A stretch of 64,000 bases of DNA from IMG/VR virus record IMGVR_UViG_3300028805_000046, positions 120,672 to 184,671 of that record; one strand, given 5' to 3'. This document shows, piece by piece, positions 10,249-20,736 of the stretch. The notes beneath the pieces are model-generated. The model was not told where the DNA came from. It made no database searches and was given only the letters and a program-made list of their open reading frames with translations. Both the position numbers and the translations under genes were made by a program. Every line of letters starts with the position of its first letter. Position 1 is the stretch's first letter. This stretch comes from a virus. Taxonomy: Duplodnaviria; Caudoviricetes.

Positions 10249-11022
10249 ATGGAGAATTTAGAAGACTACGCATTGAATGAAGCACTACGTGTCAAGTGGG
10301 TAGTGCGTAACGGCAAACGAGTAAAGAAGTGGGTCACTACTAAGAAAGGTCGTTATCGTGTTGCTTTTGATAAAGACGGTAACCCTAAGGAAGTAAGAAT
10401 CACTGCTACTGAAAGACGTAAACGCAAAATTGGTCAGCGCCGTGGTAAACTCAAGAGAAAGTCAAGAATCGGTCTTATTGAGTTGAAACGTCGCAGATCT
10501 TTTATTGCTCGTCGTAATGTTGGTCTTCAGCACTATAACAAGAAATTGCCGGACATCGTTTTTTCTCGTGGTCCAGATGGACATCTTCCAAAGTTACAAG
10601 GACCAGATGAAGAAAGAACGATTCATCCAAATATGAAGGAGAGCCTTTTACTCGAGGCTCCTCATTCGTATCTTTTCACTGATGAAAATGGTAATGACTG
10701 GTGTTTTGATTTCTTCTCAGAATTAGTGAACGATTCATCTTGGCTTGAACAGGTCATTGACATCTACACAAAGAATGAACTTGTTTCAATCAATCCAGAC
10801 TACAGAGAGCAGGGCGGCGAGATTTACGAAATTGATGATGACATCAAAGCCCAGATAACTGACAATCTTATGGACAACATTGAGTTCATCAACATGGCAG
10901 CGCATGACTTTGTGCTTGCTGATGACGCATTGAAGATAAGATTCAGAAATTCAGTTCCTGCTAAGCTTTATGCAAAAATGTTGCCAATGATAAACGTCTT
11001 CACTGCAAAATTGAATAAATAA
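10249..11022 (+). CDS. Hypothetical protein with very basic N-terminal half (possible head/nucleic-acid-binding protein)
   Basis: LNE propeptide-like site followed by an R/K-rich segment. Confidence 0.55.
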   Translation: MENLEDYALNEALRVKWVVRNGKRVKKWVTTKKGRYRVAFDKDGNPKEVRITATERRKRKIGQRRGKLKRKSRIGLIELKRRRSFIARRNVGLQHYNKKLPDIVFSRGPDGHLPKLQGPDEERTIHPNMKESLLLEAPHSYLFTDENGNDWCFDFFSELVNDSSWLEQVIDIYTKNELVSINPDYREQGGEIYEIDDDIKAQITDNLMDNIEFINMAAHDFVLADDALKIRFRNSVPAKLYAKMLPMINVFTAKLNK

Positions 11023-11036
11023 GGTAGAGGCAATAA

Positions 11037-12641
11037 ATGAATTTCAGTCTTTTTAACCCGCTATCACCAAAGTTCTTACAGGTACTTCCTGACAAAGTAC
11101 AGACTCGTGAGATGACCGCCAAGCTGAACTCTTACGGCGTTGGCGAAGACACACTTGATTTAAGCAAGTACATTAGAGGCATTACGGGTCAGGCGGCTCC
11201 GGCCTACCCTTTCGAGCAAAACAACATAATCTTTGATACTGTCTTTTCTTCTAAGAGACAGCGTATCAACTTCTATCGTAACATGGCTTTGTACGCCTTC
11301 GTTAAGAAGATGTTGAATATCATTGTTGGCGAATGCTGCTCAAGAACAGTGACTGGCGAAGTCGCTAAGTTTGACATTGTAGAGTCACAGAAGAAGTATT
11401 TTACGAACTCCGAATTTGACTCATTGAAGAAAGAATTTGACTGGGTTATCAACAGTGTAATTAAGAAGTCAGAAGTAAAGTCACTTTTCCGCAAGTGGCT
11501 TATTGACGGTGAAATCTTCCTTGAAATCTGTCTTAATGATGAAAAGAACTGTGTCGCTGGCATTAAGGTACTTCCACCATACTGCACATTGTGTGTATAT
11601 GAAGAAGGAGTTCTTACTGGCTTCGTTCAGGATCCATCACTTGTTGACCCGAGCTTCGCAAAGAAGGAACTTAAAACGTTCACCCGTAATGAGATTGCGT
11701 ACGCAAATTACGGTAAATATTATGGCAACAACCTTAACGATGTTAGAGGACATCTAGAGGCTGCTATTAAGCCTATAAACCAGCTTCGCGCTATTCAAGA
11801 TGCACAGACTGTGTATTTCATTGTTCGTGCTCCTGAAAAGAGAATCTGGAAGATCTACGGTGGTCAGATGGCAACCTCTCGCCAGCCTGAATACTTGCAG
11901 CAGATTATCAGCCAGTATCGTAGAGACTTGAATCTTGACCCGACAACTGGTCTTGTAGTTGGTTCTGCTAATACACAAGCAATGACTCAGGATATCTGGT
12001 TCATGCAAGACAGAAACGGACAAGGTTCTTCTGTTGAAACATTGAAAGGATCTACCGAGTTCAATGGCGCTCAGGACGCTATCAGCAGTTTCAAAGAAGA
12101 TGTCGCTGACGCTCTTGAAGTTCCGGGTACTCGCTGGAAAGGAGAAGCTGGTTCTTCTCAGTACGTTCAAGGCTTAGATGGTTTGAGCCTTGATGAAAGC
12201 CAGTTCCAGAAACGTTGTCAAGAATTCTCTGAACGTTTCGCTGATGTTATCATGCAGATTTTCATGGTTCAGTTGCAAGTCGCTGGCTATGAAGAAAAGT
12301 ACCTTGACTCCGCTCTTTATGAAATTTCCCTTATCCCTGCTACTGACACTGTTCAGTTCAGAGCTTTGGCTATGGCAGAAAAGAGAACAGGTATTCTTGG
12401 AACTGTTTCTACTATGCTTCCAACCCGTGCTAACATTAAGGACGATTCAGATGAAGCACCTCCGATCTTCGCAAAGCAGTTCGTATTTGAAAACATGCTT
12501 GGTTATAAGACTGATGAATGGAAGAAGAACGAAGAAATGCTCGCAAGAGAAATTGCCGAACTGAAGAAGAAAGTTGAGGCTGCTAAGGCAGAAGGTGGTG
12601 ATGAAAGCGAGGAAGTGGAAGAGGGAGACATGGATTATTAA
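11037..12641 (+). CDS. Portal protein gp20
   Basis: FRKWLIDGEIF, HLEAAIKPINQLR..QDA..YFIVRAPEKRIW, DIWF..R..G..VETLKG. Confidence 0.95.
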   Translation: MNFSLFNPLSPKFLQVLPDKVQTREMTAKLNSYGVGEDTLDLSKYIRGITGQAAPAYPFEQNNIIFDTVFSSKRQRINFYRNMALYAFVKKMLNIIVGECCSRTVTGEVAKFDIVESQKKYFTNSEFDSLKKEFDWVINSVIKKSEVKSLFRKWLIDGEIFLEICLNDEKNCVAGIKVLPPYCTLCVYEEGVLTGFVQDPSLVDPSFAKKELKTFTRNEIAYANYGKYYGNNLNDVRGHLEAAIKPINQLRAIQDAQTVYFIVRAPEKRIWKIYGGQMATSRQPEYLQQIISQYRRDLNLDPTTGLVVGSANTQAMTQDIWFMQDRNGQGSSVETLKGSTEFNGAQDAISSFKEDVADALEVPGTRWKGEAGSSQYVQGLDGLSLDESQFQKRCQEFSERFADVIMQIFMVQLQVAGYEEKYLDSALYEISLIPATDTVQFRALAMAEKRTGILGTVSTMLPTRANIKDDSDEAPPIFAKQFVFENMLGYKTDEWKKNEEMLAREIAELKKKVEAAKAEGGDESEEVEEGDMDY

Positions 12642-12648
12642 CTCCATG

Positions 12649-12656
12649 TATAAATA
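12649..12656 (+). promoter_or_regulatory. T4-type late promoter TATAAATA
   Basis: Exact consensus upstream of gp19. Confidence 0.8.
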
Positions 12657-12681
12657 ATAAAAAGTATAAGGAGAATTTTTC

Positions 12682-13263
12682 ATGGCTGTACAAAACATGT
12701 CGGTATTCACTACCAAGTTGAAGAATAAGCCAGACCTTGTCAAGTCTTGGCTATTCCTTGTGAATTTCAAATTTGACAATAAAGACCTTGAGGATGTTCT
12801 TGAACCAGAAGACATGCTTTTGCAGGCACGTACTGGATCTATTCCTGGTAAGACTTTTGGTGAACTTGCTACCGAGTTCATGGGCTCAAAGCTCGTCTAC
12901 CCAGGCAAGGCAACCGTTGATGGTACTTTGACTATTCGTTTTGATGAGTTCCAGGATATGAAGATTGGTAAGATTCTTCACAGATGGTCCAACCTTCTTT
13001 ATAACCACACTCAGGAAGATGACGTTGATGCAAACGGCTCAACTGGTGGTGCAGTTTCTAACTATATGCAAGACTATGCTGCTACAATCACCATTGACAT
13101 CTATGACTCGACTCTCGAGAACAAGCTCCCGATTTCTTACAAGTTCAAGTTCTGCTGGCCGAAGGAAATCTCTCCTGCTGAACTTGATATGGAATCTGAA
13201 ACCAAGCTTGCTCGTTCTGTCCAGTTTAGATATTCAACATTCAGCGTTATCGGTAATGACTAA
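12682..13263 (+). CDS. Tail tube protein gp19
   Basis: SIPG..G...FMG..YPG; YKFKFCWPKEISPAELDMES..VQFRY. Confidence 0.85.
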   Translation: MAVQNMSVFTTKLKNKPDLVKSWLFLVNFKFDNKDLEDVLEPEDMLLQARTGSIPGKTFGELATEFMGSKLVYPGKATVDGTLTIRFDEFQDMKIGKILHRWSNLLYNHTQEDDVDANGSTGGAVSNYMQDYAATITIDIYDSTLENKLPISYKFKFCWPKEISPAELDMESETKLARSVQFRYSTFSVIGND

Positions 13264-13273
13264 GAGGCAATAA

Positions 13274-13627
13274 ATGGCACAGAATCTAGATGAATTTCTT
13301 AAGAACACAGTGGAATCAGTGCACGATTTGAATGAAAGCACTGTTTCCATTGGACAGACTGATAGCATGAAAGGCAATCAGTGTTGCGGACCGCATCATC
13401 ACGATTACATTCTTTGGGATCCTGCACAGGGTTGGGGCAAGACTGGTCCTGCTCTCGATGAACCAAAGAAGGATTCTATTCATGCCGCAATGCATGAACA
13501 TATGATCGTTGATGGCAAGGTTCTTGAATCTTGCGGACATACTCATGAACTTCTTAAGCCTATCTACACAGGCGAGCATTCTGCATTTACTCCACAGGCG
13601 GTGCAGGTTAAAGAGGTTGAAGACTAA
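13274..13627 (+). CDS. His-rich hypothetical protein (HxH repeats)
   Basis: HHHDY, HEHMI and HTHEL repeats. Confidence 0.55.
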   Translation: MAQNLDEFLKNTVESVHDLNESTVSIGQTDSMKGNQCCGPHHHDYILWDPAQGWGKTGPALDEPKKDSIHAAMHEHMIVDGKVLESCGHTHELLKPIYTGEHSAFTPQAVQVKEVED

Positions 13628-14103
13628 TGGAAGGCGAAGCAATTTCACAACCAGTAGCACAGAATCCTGAGAATCAGAAGCTTGCTGATGATTTCCTCAG
13701 TTTTCTTGCGAGCACGATGGACAATGAGTGCGAAAAGCTCTATACTTTCGCACTTGATGCGCTTACATTCGCAAACAAAGTTCAGATCTGGCATTGGACT
13801 TGTGGAAGCGGATTCCATCATACGCACTTTGAAGAAATCTATGATGCAATCCGAGACTTCGCTGACAAGCTAGTTGAAACGGTCTTGTCTATGGGATATG
13901 AATTTAAACTTCAGTCTAAGTCATATCTCATCAATGATGAAAAGTATGAATTGTCTGCTGCTCTTCGTAAGTTGCAGGCATTCCGTGATGAACTTGAACA
14001 GTATAAGAAACAGTATTCTTCAAAGATCTCGCTAGAAAATCTCTTTGCAGACACTATCGAGAAACTTGATAGAGAACTTGGTCTTATTAAGAATTTCTCG
14101 TAA
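13627..14103 (+). CDS. Ferritin/Dps-like four-helix protein
   Basis: WHW..H..FEEIYD..D.LVE is the Dps/ferritin-like pattern. Confidence 0.7.
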   Translation: MEGEAISQPVAQNPENQKLADDFLSFLASTMDNECEKLYTFALDALTFANKVQIWHWTCGSGFHHTHFEEIYDAIRDFADKLVETVLSMGYEFKLQSKSYLINDEKYELSAALRKLQAFRDELEQYKKQYSSKISLENLFADTIEKLDRELGLIKNFS

Positions 14104-14124
14104 AGTTAGGTCTACGTCAATAAA

Positions 14125-14151
14125 ACCGGAGGTTCGTCCTCCGGTATTTTT
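14125..14151 (+). terminator. Intrinsic terminator
   Basis: ACCGGAGG/CCTCCGGT stem followed by a T-rich run. Confidence 0.75.
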
Positions 14152-14256
14152 ATGACTTTAAAAACAAGAATTTTTGCCTACCGCATTGAGATAAATAAAA
14201 TAAGAGAAGGATTTTAAACGCCTCTCGTTGTTGAAAAGTAAATTGGAGGAAATAGA

Positions 14257-15222
14257 ATGGAAAAGATTTATGAAAAACTTTCTGGTGTCCTTTCTCCAGA
14301 GGACTTGAATGAAGTAAAGGAATCATTCGAGAAAGCTGTGGACGAAAGAGTACAAGTAAAACTTACAGAAGAAACAAAGAATCTTGCCAAGAAAGCTGAC
14401 GAATTCTGTCAGAAGAAAATCCAAGAAGCAGTTGATAAGAAAACCGCTGAGTTGGAAGCTCTAGCCAATAAGTACTGTGAAATGCGTTGCACCAGTATCG
14501 CTGAAAAGGCACAGAAGAAGATTGATGCCCAACAGAAGAAACTTGAGGAAGCAGCAAAGCAGTATATCTTCGAGAAGTCTGAAGAAAACTTCAAGGCTCG
14601 TGTTGGCGAAGAGATTGAAAACTTCGAGCAGGAAATGCTTGAATGCTTGGATCTTTGGCTTGAAAAGACTATTTCCGAAAAGATCAGTCCAGATCTTATC
14701 AAGAAACAAGCTGTTAACGAAACCTACGAACCGATCATCAACGTTATCAAGAACGCATTCCAAGATCAGTTCGTACCGCTTGACACTAGTGGATCTGCAA
14801 AGATTCGTGAAGCCAAGAAAGAGCTTGCTGAATTGAAGGAATCTCTCAGACTTCAGGTTGAGTCTGGTATGAGCCTTTCAAAGAGATTGGACGAAGCTGA
14901 AAAGAAGGCACTTATTGCTGAAAAGACTCGTGGACTTAATGACCAGCAGACTGCTCGCGTTAAGAACATGTTTGAAAGCAAGTCATACGCAAACACTAAG
15001 AAAGATATTGATTCCTACATCACTATTCTTAACGAACGTGCTCCTGCTATGAAGCGCCCTGCTGCACAGCGTCTTTCGGAAAATCACAGACTTAATTCTC
15101 ATGCATTGCATGTAGAAGATGAAACACAGGACATTTTGACCGAAAAGTTCCATCCGAAGCAGCAAATGAGCGCAAATGATTTCTTGTTGAAGTCAGCTGC
15201 CGCTTTTACAAGAGAAAATTAA
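14257..15222 (+). CDS. Prohead scaffold protein gp22
   Basis: Coiled-coil protein (FEKAV..V) directly upstream of the major capsid gene. Confidence 0.8.
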   Translation: MEKIYEKLSGVLSPEDLNEVKESFEKAVDERVQVKLTEETKNLAKKADEFCQKKIQEAVDKKTAELEALANKYCEMRCTSIAEKAQKKIDAQQKKLEEAAKQYIFEKSEENFKARVGEEIENFEQEMLECLDLWLEKTISEKISPDLIKKQAVNETYEPIINVIKNAFQDQFVPLDTSGSAKIREAKKELAELKESLRLQVESGMSLSKRLDEAEKKALIAEKTRGLNDQQTARVKNMFESKSYANTKKDIDSYITILNERAPAMKRPAAQRLSENHRLNSHALHVEDETQDILTEKFHPKQQMSANDFLLKSAAAFTREN

Positions 15223-15304
15223 AAAAGAAACAAATAAATAAAATAAAATGATAAAGCAATTTATCAGTTTTGATTTTTAACACTCATTTGGAGGAAATCA
15301 GAAA

Positions 15305-16594
15305 ATGGCAAAGATCAGAAAAGAAGTTGTTGACTACTGGTCTCAAGTAGACGAAGGTCTATCAGTAGCTGACATCAAGAACCGTTATATTAAGGAAAAC
15401 GTTGCACAGTTGATGGAAAACCAGTGCACACAGGATATCTATTCTGGCGCATTGCTAGAAGACTTTGGTATCGGTGTTGGCGCTCCAACTGGTGCTGACC
15501 AGGGTATCCCACATGGCGGTGACGCTAAGGCAGTTTTTGCTCCAGTTTCACTTGCACTCGTTCGCCGTGTTTATCCGCAGTTGTTTGCTAACGTTCTTGT
15601 TGGCGTTCAGGCAATGCAGGGACCTGTAGGCTTGGCATACGCAATGCGTACTGTTTACAAGGACGAACTCGATAAGGGCCGCGTCGTTGAAGCAGCATGG
15701 AAGGACGTGCCGGAATATTCTGGCTTCACTGGTTCTCAGCATGGTACTCATGGTCCAGCTGACAGCGGCCTCGGTGTAGAAACTCAGGAAGCTGAAAAGT
15801 GGTCAGTTAACAACCACGACGGATACGGCAAGATTCCAGAATTGGCAATCATGTTCAGCCGTCAGCCAATCGTAGCCCGCACTCGTAAGATTGCATCAAG
15901 CTTCTCTCTTGAATCTATTGACGATATCAAGAAGATGCAGGGCGTTGACATGGTGAACGACATGGTTAACACTCTCCAGTATGAACTTACTGCAGAAATT
16001 GACCGTGAAACCATCGCACGTTGTAAGGCATTGACTAAGGTCAAGACTCTCCGTCCGAAGGAAGAAAACAAGGACGTACAGGATGATTGGTCTGGCCGTT
16101 GGTCTCAGGAAAGAATCTCTAACATCATCACCCACATCATCGCAGCATCTAACGATATTGCTATCGCAACTCGTAAGGCTCCGGGTAACATTGCTGTTGT
16201 ATCTCCGGCTGTTGCTACTGCATTGCAGTCTTCAACCCAGTTCTTCAACAAGATTGCCACTGATGTAACTGGTTCTACCGCAACTGCTGAAGTTGGTACT
16301 TTGAACGGCGGTTCAATCAAGGTATACCGCGATGCTTACGCAGTCAACCACGGTGTTGATAACTGTGAAGTTCTTATCGCATACAAGGGCGCATCTAACG
16401 ATGATGCTGGCGTGGTATTCTGCCCGTACGTAACCGGTGTAGTTAACCAGGCTATTGACCCGAACACCTTCTCACCAAGAATCGGTATCATGACCCGTTA
16501 CGCATTTGCGAATAACCTTTTGGGCGCAGATAACTACTATCGCACCTTGAAGTTCGAAGGTCTTGACAGAAAGATTGCTGGTGACGTATACTAA
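15305..16594 (+). CDS. Major capsid protein gp23
   Basis: LMENQ, LVRRVYPQLFA..GVQAMQGPVGL, ARTRK, EIDRE, FCPY, DPNTFSPRIGIMTRY. Confidence 0.97.
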   Translation: MAKIRKEVVDYWSQVDEGLSVADIKNRYIKENVAQLMENQCTQDIYSGALLEDFGIGVGAPTGADQGIPHGGDAKAVFAPVSLALVRRVYPQLFANVLVGVQAMQGPVGLAYAMRTVYKDELDKGRVVEAAWKDVPEYSGFTGSQHGTHGPADSGLGVETQEAEKWSVNNHDGYGKIPELAIMFSRQPIVARTRKIASSFSLESIDDIKKMQGVDMVNDMVNTLQYELTAEIDRETIARCKALTKVKTLRPKEENKDVQDDWSGRWSQERISNIITHIIAASNDIAIATRKAPGNIAVVSPAVATALQSSTQFFNKIATDVTGSTATAEVGTLNGGSIKVYRDAYAVNHGVDNCEVLIAYKGASNDDAGVVFCPYVTGVVNQAIDPNTFSPRIGIMTRYAFANNLLGADNYYRTLKFEGLDRKIAGDVY

Positions 16595-16623
16595 TCTTTA
16601 ACCGATAAAGGAGAAAATTAGAA

Positions 16624-16998
16624 ATGAAACCTACAGTTCAAGCACCAGAATTTTATCAGGTTGGTAACGATTACGTTCAGGCACCTCTCGACAAGTTCTA
16701 TTCTTCTGCATTCAGCGGAATTGGACCTGACGGAAAGGCCTACGTAACCGATTCCTACCAGGACGGCATTTACCGTCAGTTGTCAGATGAGTTGGTTAAC
16801 GGCGCATACTCAGCAGATCCGTTCAAGGATCCGTCTGGCTTCAACAAGCGCACCGTCCTTGTTGACCCAATGGCTCCGATCCCAACTTACACTTCTGGGG
16901 ACACTGCATACTCTGTCGCAGACGTTGTCTACGGCATTGGACCAGCCGATGAAGCTGGCTCTGCAGTTAAGCCGAACAAGAAGGAATTTGACGCTTAA
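16624..16998 (+). CDS. Small late protein co-transcribed with gp23 (possible capsid decoration protein)
   Basis: Strong AAGGAG RBS; lies between gp23 and a terminator. Confidence 0.5.
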   Translation: MKPTVQAPEFYQVGNDYVQAPLDKFYSSAFSGIGPDGKAYVTDSYQDGIYRQLSDELVNGAYSADPFKDPSGFNKRTVLVDPMAPIPTYTSGDTAYSVADVVYGIGPADEAGSAVKPNKKEFDA

Positions 16999-17018
16999 TC
17001 TGGCGAGTTAAAATTCCC

Positions 17019-17049
17019 AAGCCGTGAGGTTCTGCCTCACGGCTTTTTT
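17019..17049 (+). terminator. Intrinsic terminator
   Basis: AAGCCGTGAGG/CCTCACGGCTT stem followed by a T-run. Confidence 0.85.
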
Positions 17050-17086
17050 GTGTAATAAATATAGAAAATCAATTTGAGGTGAATTT

Positions 17087-17938
17087 ATGCAAAGTACAAA
17101 ACTTCCTGCTGGTGGCGATCTTAACGCAATGACCGCACAGCTTTTAGCACAAGAAGAAGCAATTAAGAATGAAGCAGCTGCAGAACTTGGAACTCCAAAA
17201 CAGGCAGTAATTCCAAAGAATGCAGTAATGGTGAACACTGACATGCTTCCTTCAAAGGGCCGTGAGTACAAGTGTCCGATGTACGTATCTCCGCTTGACC
17301 CAATTGACCTTAAGAATCTTAACACCATGAAACCTGAAAACGCACAAGCCAGAATCAATGGCGTGCTTTTTAACAGAGTACATGGCGTGCCTTATAAGGA
17401 CATTCTGCAGGGCGATAAACTTTGGCTGTTGTTTTATATCAGATCCGTCACGTATGACGATTTTCCGATCTTTATTAAGTACAAATGCAAGGACTGCGGC
17501 AAGGCAGGCATTTATAAAGCAACTATCAATAAGTTGAATGTCGCGTACTTGAACGATGACTTCAACAAGACTCTTGAACTTCCACATTCAAAAGACGTAT
17601 TGACTTTGCGTCTTCCAACTATCCGTTCTGAAGACCGTGCTAATTCAGTTAAGAACAATCAGCAGATTAAGATTCCGCTTGACCCAGATATGATTGACTT
17701 GACTGTCTATCTTGAAGAAATCAATGGCGAACGAGTCAATACTTTGGACGCATACAACTATCTAAAGAAACTTGACGCCTATGACTTCTCAGTCTATACG
17801 AACTATCTCCTTGAAAACAACTTCGGTATTTTGCCTAACATCAAGATTCCTTGTGATTGCGGCAATACCGTTGTTGAAGAAATTGGATTTACTCCTGATT
17901 TCTTCCTTCCAAACTTCAGCAAGTACAAAGACTTGTAA
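17087..17938 (+). CDS. Baseplate hub assembly protein, gp26-like
   Basis: LPSKGREY, DKLWLLFYIRSVTY, CxxC and CxC motifs. Confidence 0.7.
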   Translation: MQSTKLPAGGDLNAMTAQLLAQEEAIKNEAAAELGTPKQAVIPKNAVMVNTDMLPSKGREYKCPMYVSPLDPIDLKNLNTMKPENAQARINGVLFNRVHGVPYKDILQGDKLWLLFYIRSVTYDDFPIFIKYKCKDCGKAGIYKATINKLNVAYLNDDFNKTLELPHSKDVLTLRLPTIRSEDRANSVKNNQQIKIPLDPDMIDLTVYLEEINGERVNTLDAYNYLKKLDAYDFSVYTNYLLENNFGILPNIKIPCDCGNTVVEEIGFTPDFFLPNFSKYKDL

Positions 17939-17946
17939 TAGCGACT

Positions 17947-17973
17947 GCCGGTGGTTCTCCCACCGGCCTTTTT
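17947..17973 (+). terminator. Intrinsic terminator, followed by late promoter TATAAATA at 17977-17984
   Basis: GCCGGTGG/CCACCGGC stem followed by a T-run. Confidence 0.75.
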
Positions 17974-18005
17974 GTGTATAAATATAAAAAGATAAAGGAA
18001 TCTTT

Positions 18006-20735
18006 ATGGCTTTTAATACACATTACACACGCTTTACATATCAGCAGATGATTGAGGACTTTACCAATCGTCTTCGTTCTGATGAGAAATTTAAGAAGTT
18101 GTCAGCAGCATCTATCTACCAAATGTTTATGGAGATGCTTACTGGCACTATTGACATGACGAACTTCTACATGCAGCGCGTGGCAGAAGAAAGTTTCATG
18201 CATACCGCAAAGCTAGATTCTAGCATTATCAAGCATGCAGCTACTTTGGGCTATTCACCAAAGAAACCTACTCCTGCAGAAGTTGAAGTAGCAATCGTTC
18301 TTAGAGGACCTCTCCCTGCAGAACTTCAAGCAGGTGCTACTGTTTATTTCTCTCAAGAAGACGTTAAGTTGTCTTTCAACGGCAACCCTTACATTCTAGC
18401 GACTGACTATTCATATACGTTCACTGCTGAGGACATTAATGATGGACGCGATAATTCATCGTGGTCAAAGACTATCGTTATGTCTAAGAAAGCAGAAAAC
18501 ATGAAGTGGTTGCCGCTTGCAGGAATCAAGTATTACAAAGCCGGAGATGTCCAACCAATCAAGGCTTACCAAGCTGAATTTGCTGATGTAGAAATTAAAG
18601 GCGTTTCAAATCTTCGTAAGCTCGGAAAGAATTATCAGTTCTATGACATTAACGATCTTGAGTTCTCAAACTGGTTTGGTAGACGAGATCCTAGCTCATA
18701 CAACTATGGACGTTATGTAAAGCATTCTGGCTATACCAAGATTGGCATTGGTAAGACTAAGGACGAAGCGTTCAATTCAGATGGTTCTAATCTTTATGAC
18801 ATTGAAGACTATTCTATCTTCTTGAACCCAGATGTTCTTGCTCAAGATATGCCTAAGAGCCCATTGAAGGTCTGTGCTGTAACGACTAACAGCGACAAGA
18901 CTACTCGCATTCAGTTCGGCGACGGCATTCTTGTTGATAACGGTCTAAGTGTCAATTCAGACAACATCTACGTTCGTTACTTGAAGACTCGTGGCGCTAC
19001 TGCAAATACTGTCGGTACCACAGGCAGCATGTTCCAGTGTTCAACTGATTTCTTCGCTACCCAAGCTGGATCTATCGTTGACATTTCTTCAAACGTCCAG
19101 ATCCTTTTGAACAGCGACATTACTGCTGGCGCTGATTTTGAATCTGCTTTGAGCATCAAGAATCATGCACCGCTTTACTATGCTGCTGCAGGTCGTCTAA
19201 TCACCAAGAACGACTTTGAGTCATACTTCACTTCTTTGACTACTCCGATTAAGGTAAAGAACGCATCTGCTTGGGGTCAAGATGAAGTTGAAGCTCTTGG
19301 CACAAATGGCACAGTTACATACAAGTATCTTCAGAACGTCGTTCTTTACTGCTTAGCTGCAAGTACTTACAACATCAACGGAAAGTTGAACTCTGTCCGT
19401 AATGTTCTTGATGACGAAGACGAAACCTTTGGCGCATTCACTGTTTATGGCTCTGGAACGAAATATCTTGAGCATTTGACTGACTACATCAAGTTGCTTC
19501 TTAGCACTAAGTCTTTTGACACACAGCAGTATGCAAAGAACCCGTCACAACAATGGCAGAAGAACGTAAAGAAGATCCGTGATAACGTTCAAGACAAGAT
19601 GCTCATCGGAACTAAGCTTTACTCTATGCCGCCATTTGTACAGTACTTTGATGTAGTTGGAACTGTAGAGGTTGACTCGCTTTCTAAGTTGCAGCAGTAC
19701 AAGATTGATGTTGAAAACAAGATTTATGAATGGCTTGACGAAAACACTACCTTTAGAAAATCAATCTATAAGGCAGACATTATCAAGTTCTTCAATGAAC
19801 GCCCTGAGACTAAGTCAGTGAACCTTGACATTAAGGTTTCAGAACTTATCATGAGCGACAAGTCTACGTTCTCATTTGCAGTTGGACCAAATTCTGGTCT
19901 TTACTCAATCAACCGTAACTTGCCGGGTGCTCCTGACAGAGATTACATTGATAAAGATGAAGTTCATTATCAGAACTATAACACAATCACCATCCCGAAG
20001 ACTGACGCCAACAATGCGTCTATCAGCGTTGATGCGTTTAAGAATAAGAACATCATCGTTTCATTGAATAATGGTGGTACTGAAGTAAACAAGTTCCAAT
20101 TCACTCCTTATGAAGTGTCTGAAACTTCAACTAACTTCATTCTTTCAATGTACGGATATCAGACAAGTCAAGTTCAACAGATCGCTGATAATGCAGTATT
20201 CTACATCAGTGTTGCTGGTAGTGCAGATTTTGCTTCTACTTCAAACTTGTCAGTTTCTAATGCTACTGCTTATGGACTTGACGCTACACAAACCAGAGCA
20301 GTTATTGCTGATGTAAAAGAATGGATGAATGCATGCAAGCCTGCACTTACGCAAGCAGATCGCCCAATTCATTTGCCTTACACAATTGAGACAATGGACG
20401 AAGTAACCCGTGATGAAACAATCTATCGTCTTGGTTCTGTTCAGCAAGGCGACCTTGAAAAGGAATTGACTGAAAAGTCATTCTGGCAGCATTTCGTTCC
20501 ATATCTTATCAACAAGTACTATGGACATGACAGCCTTAAGGGAGAACTTCTTGAGCAGTCAGTCAATGGTGACCTTTGGAATGGAATCACAAATCTTGTG
20601 CTTGACATTTACAGACAGATGAAGGTTGTTTTCTGTGACTCAATCCTTGATGACAATAACAACATCATTGACTACTCAATGGATAATGAACTTCCAGTGG
20701 TTCGTCTAAACATAACCTATAAGTACAGAGCATAA
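18006..20735 (+). CDS. Baseplate wedge protein gp6
   Basis: EESFMHTAKLDSSIIKHAATLGYSP, IQFGDG, GADFES..SIK..AP..Y..GRLITKNDF, AWG. Confidence 0.9.
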   Translation: MAFNTHYTRFTYQQMIEDFTNRLRSDEKFKKLSAASIYQMFMEMLTGTIDMTNFYMQRVAEESFMHTAKLDSSIIKHAATLGYSPKKPTPAEVEVAIVLRGPLPAELQAGATVYFSQEDVKLSFNGNPYILATDYSYTFTAEDINDGRDNSSWSKTIVMSKKAENMKWLPLAGIKYYKAGDVQPIKAYQAEFADVEIKGVSNLRKLGKNYQFYDINDLEFSNWFGRRDPSSYNYGRYVKHSGYTKIGIGKTKDEAFNSDGSNLYDIEDYSIFLNPDVLAQDMPKSPLKVCAVTTNSDKTTRIQFGDGILVDNGLSVNSDNIYVRYLKTRGATANTVGTTGSMFQCSTDFFATQAGSIVDISSNVQILLNSDITAGADFESALSIKNHAPLYYAAAGRLITKNDFESYFTSLTTPIKVKNASAWGQDEVEALGTNGTVTYKYLQNVVLYCLAASTYNINGKLNSVRNVLDDEDETFGAFTVYGSGTKYLEHLTDYIKLLLSTKSFDTQQYAKNPSQQWQKNVKKIRDNVQDKMLIGTKLYSMPPFVQYFDVVGTVEVDSLSKLQQYKIDVENKIYEWLDENTTFRKSIYKADIIKFFNERPETKSVNLDIKVSELIMSDKSTFSFAVGPNSGLYSINRNLPGAPDRDYIDKDEVHYQNYNTITIPKTDANNASISVDAFKNKNIIVSLNNGGTEVNKFQFTPYEVSETSTNFILSMYGYQTSQVQQIADNAVFYISVAGSADFASTSNLSVSNATAYGLDATQTRAVIADVKEWMNACKPALTQADRPIHLPYTIETMDEVTRDETIYRLGSVQQGDLEKELTEKSFWQHFVPYLINKYYGHDSLKGELLEQSVNGDLWNGITNLVLDIYRQMKVVFCDSILDDNNNIIDYSMDNELPVVRLNITYKYRA

Positions 20736-20736
20736 T

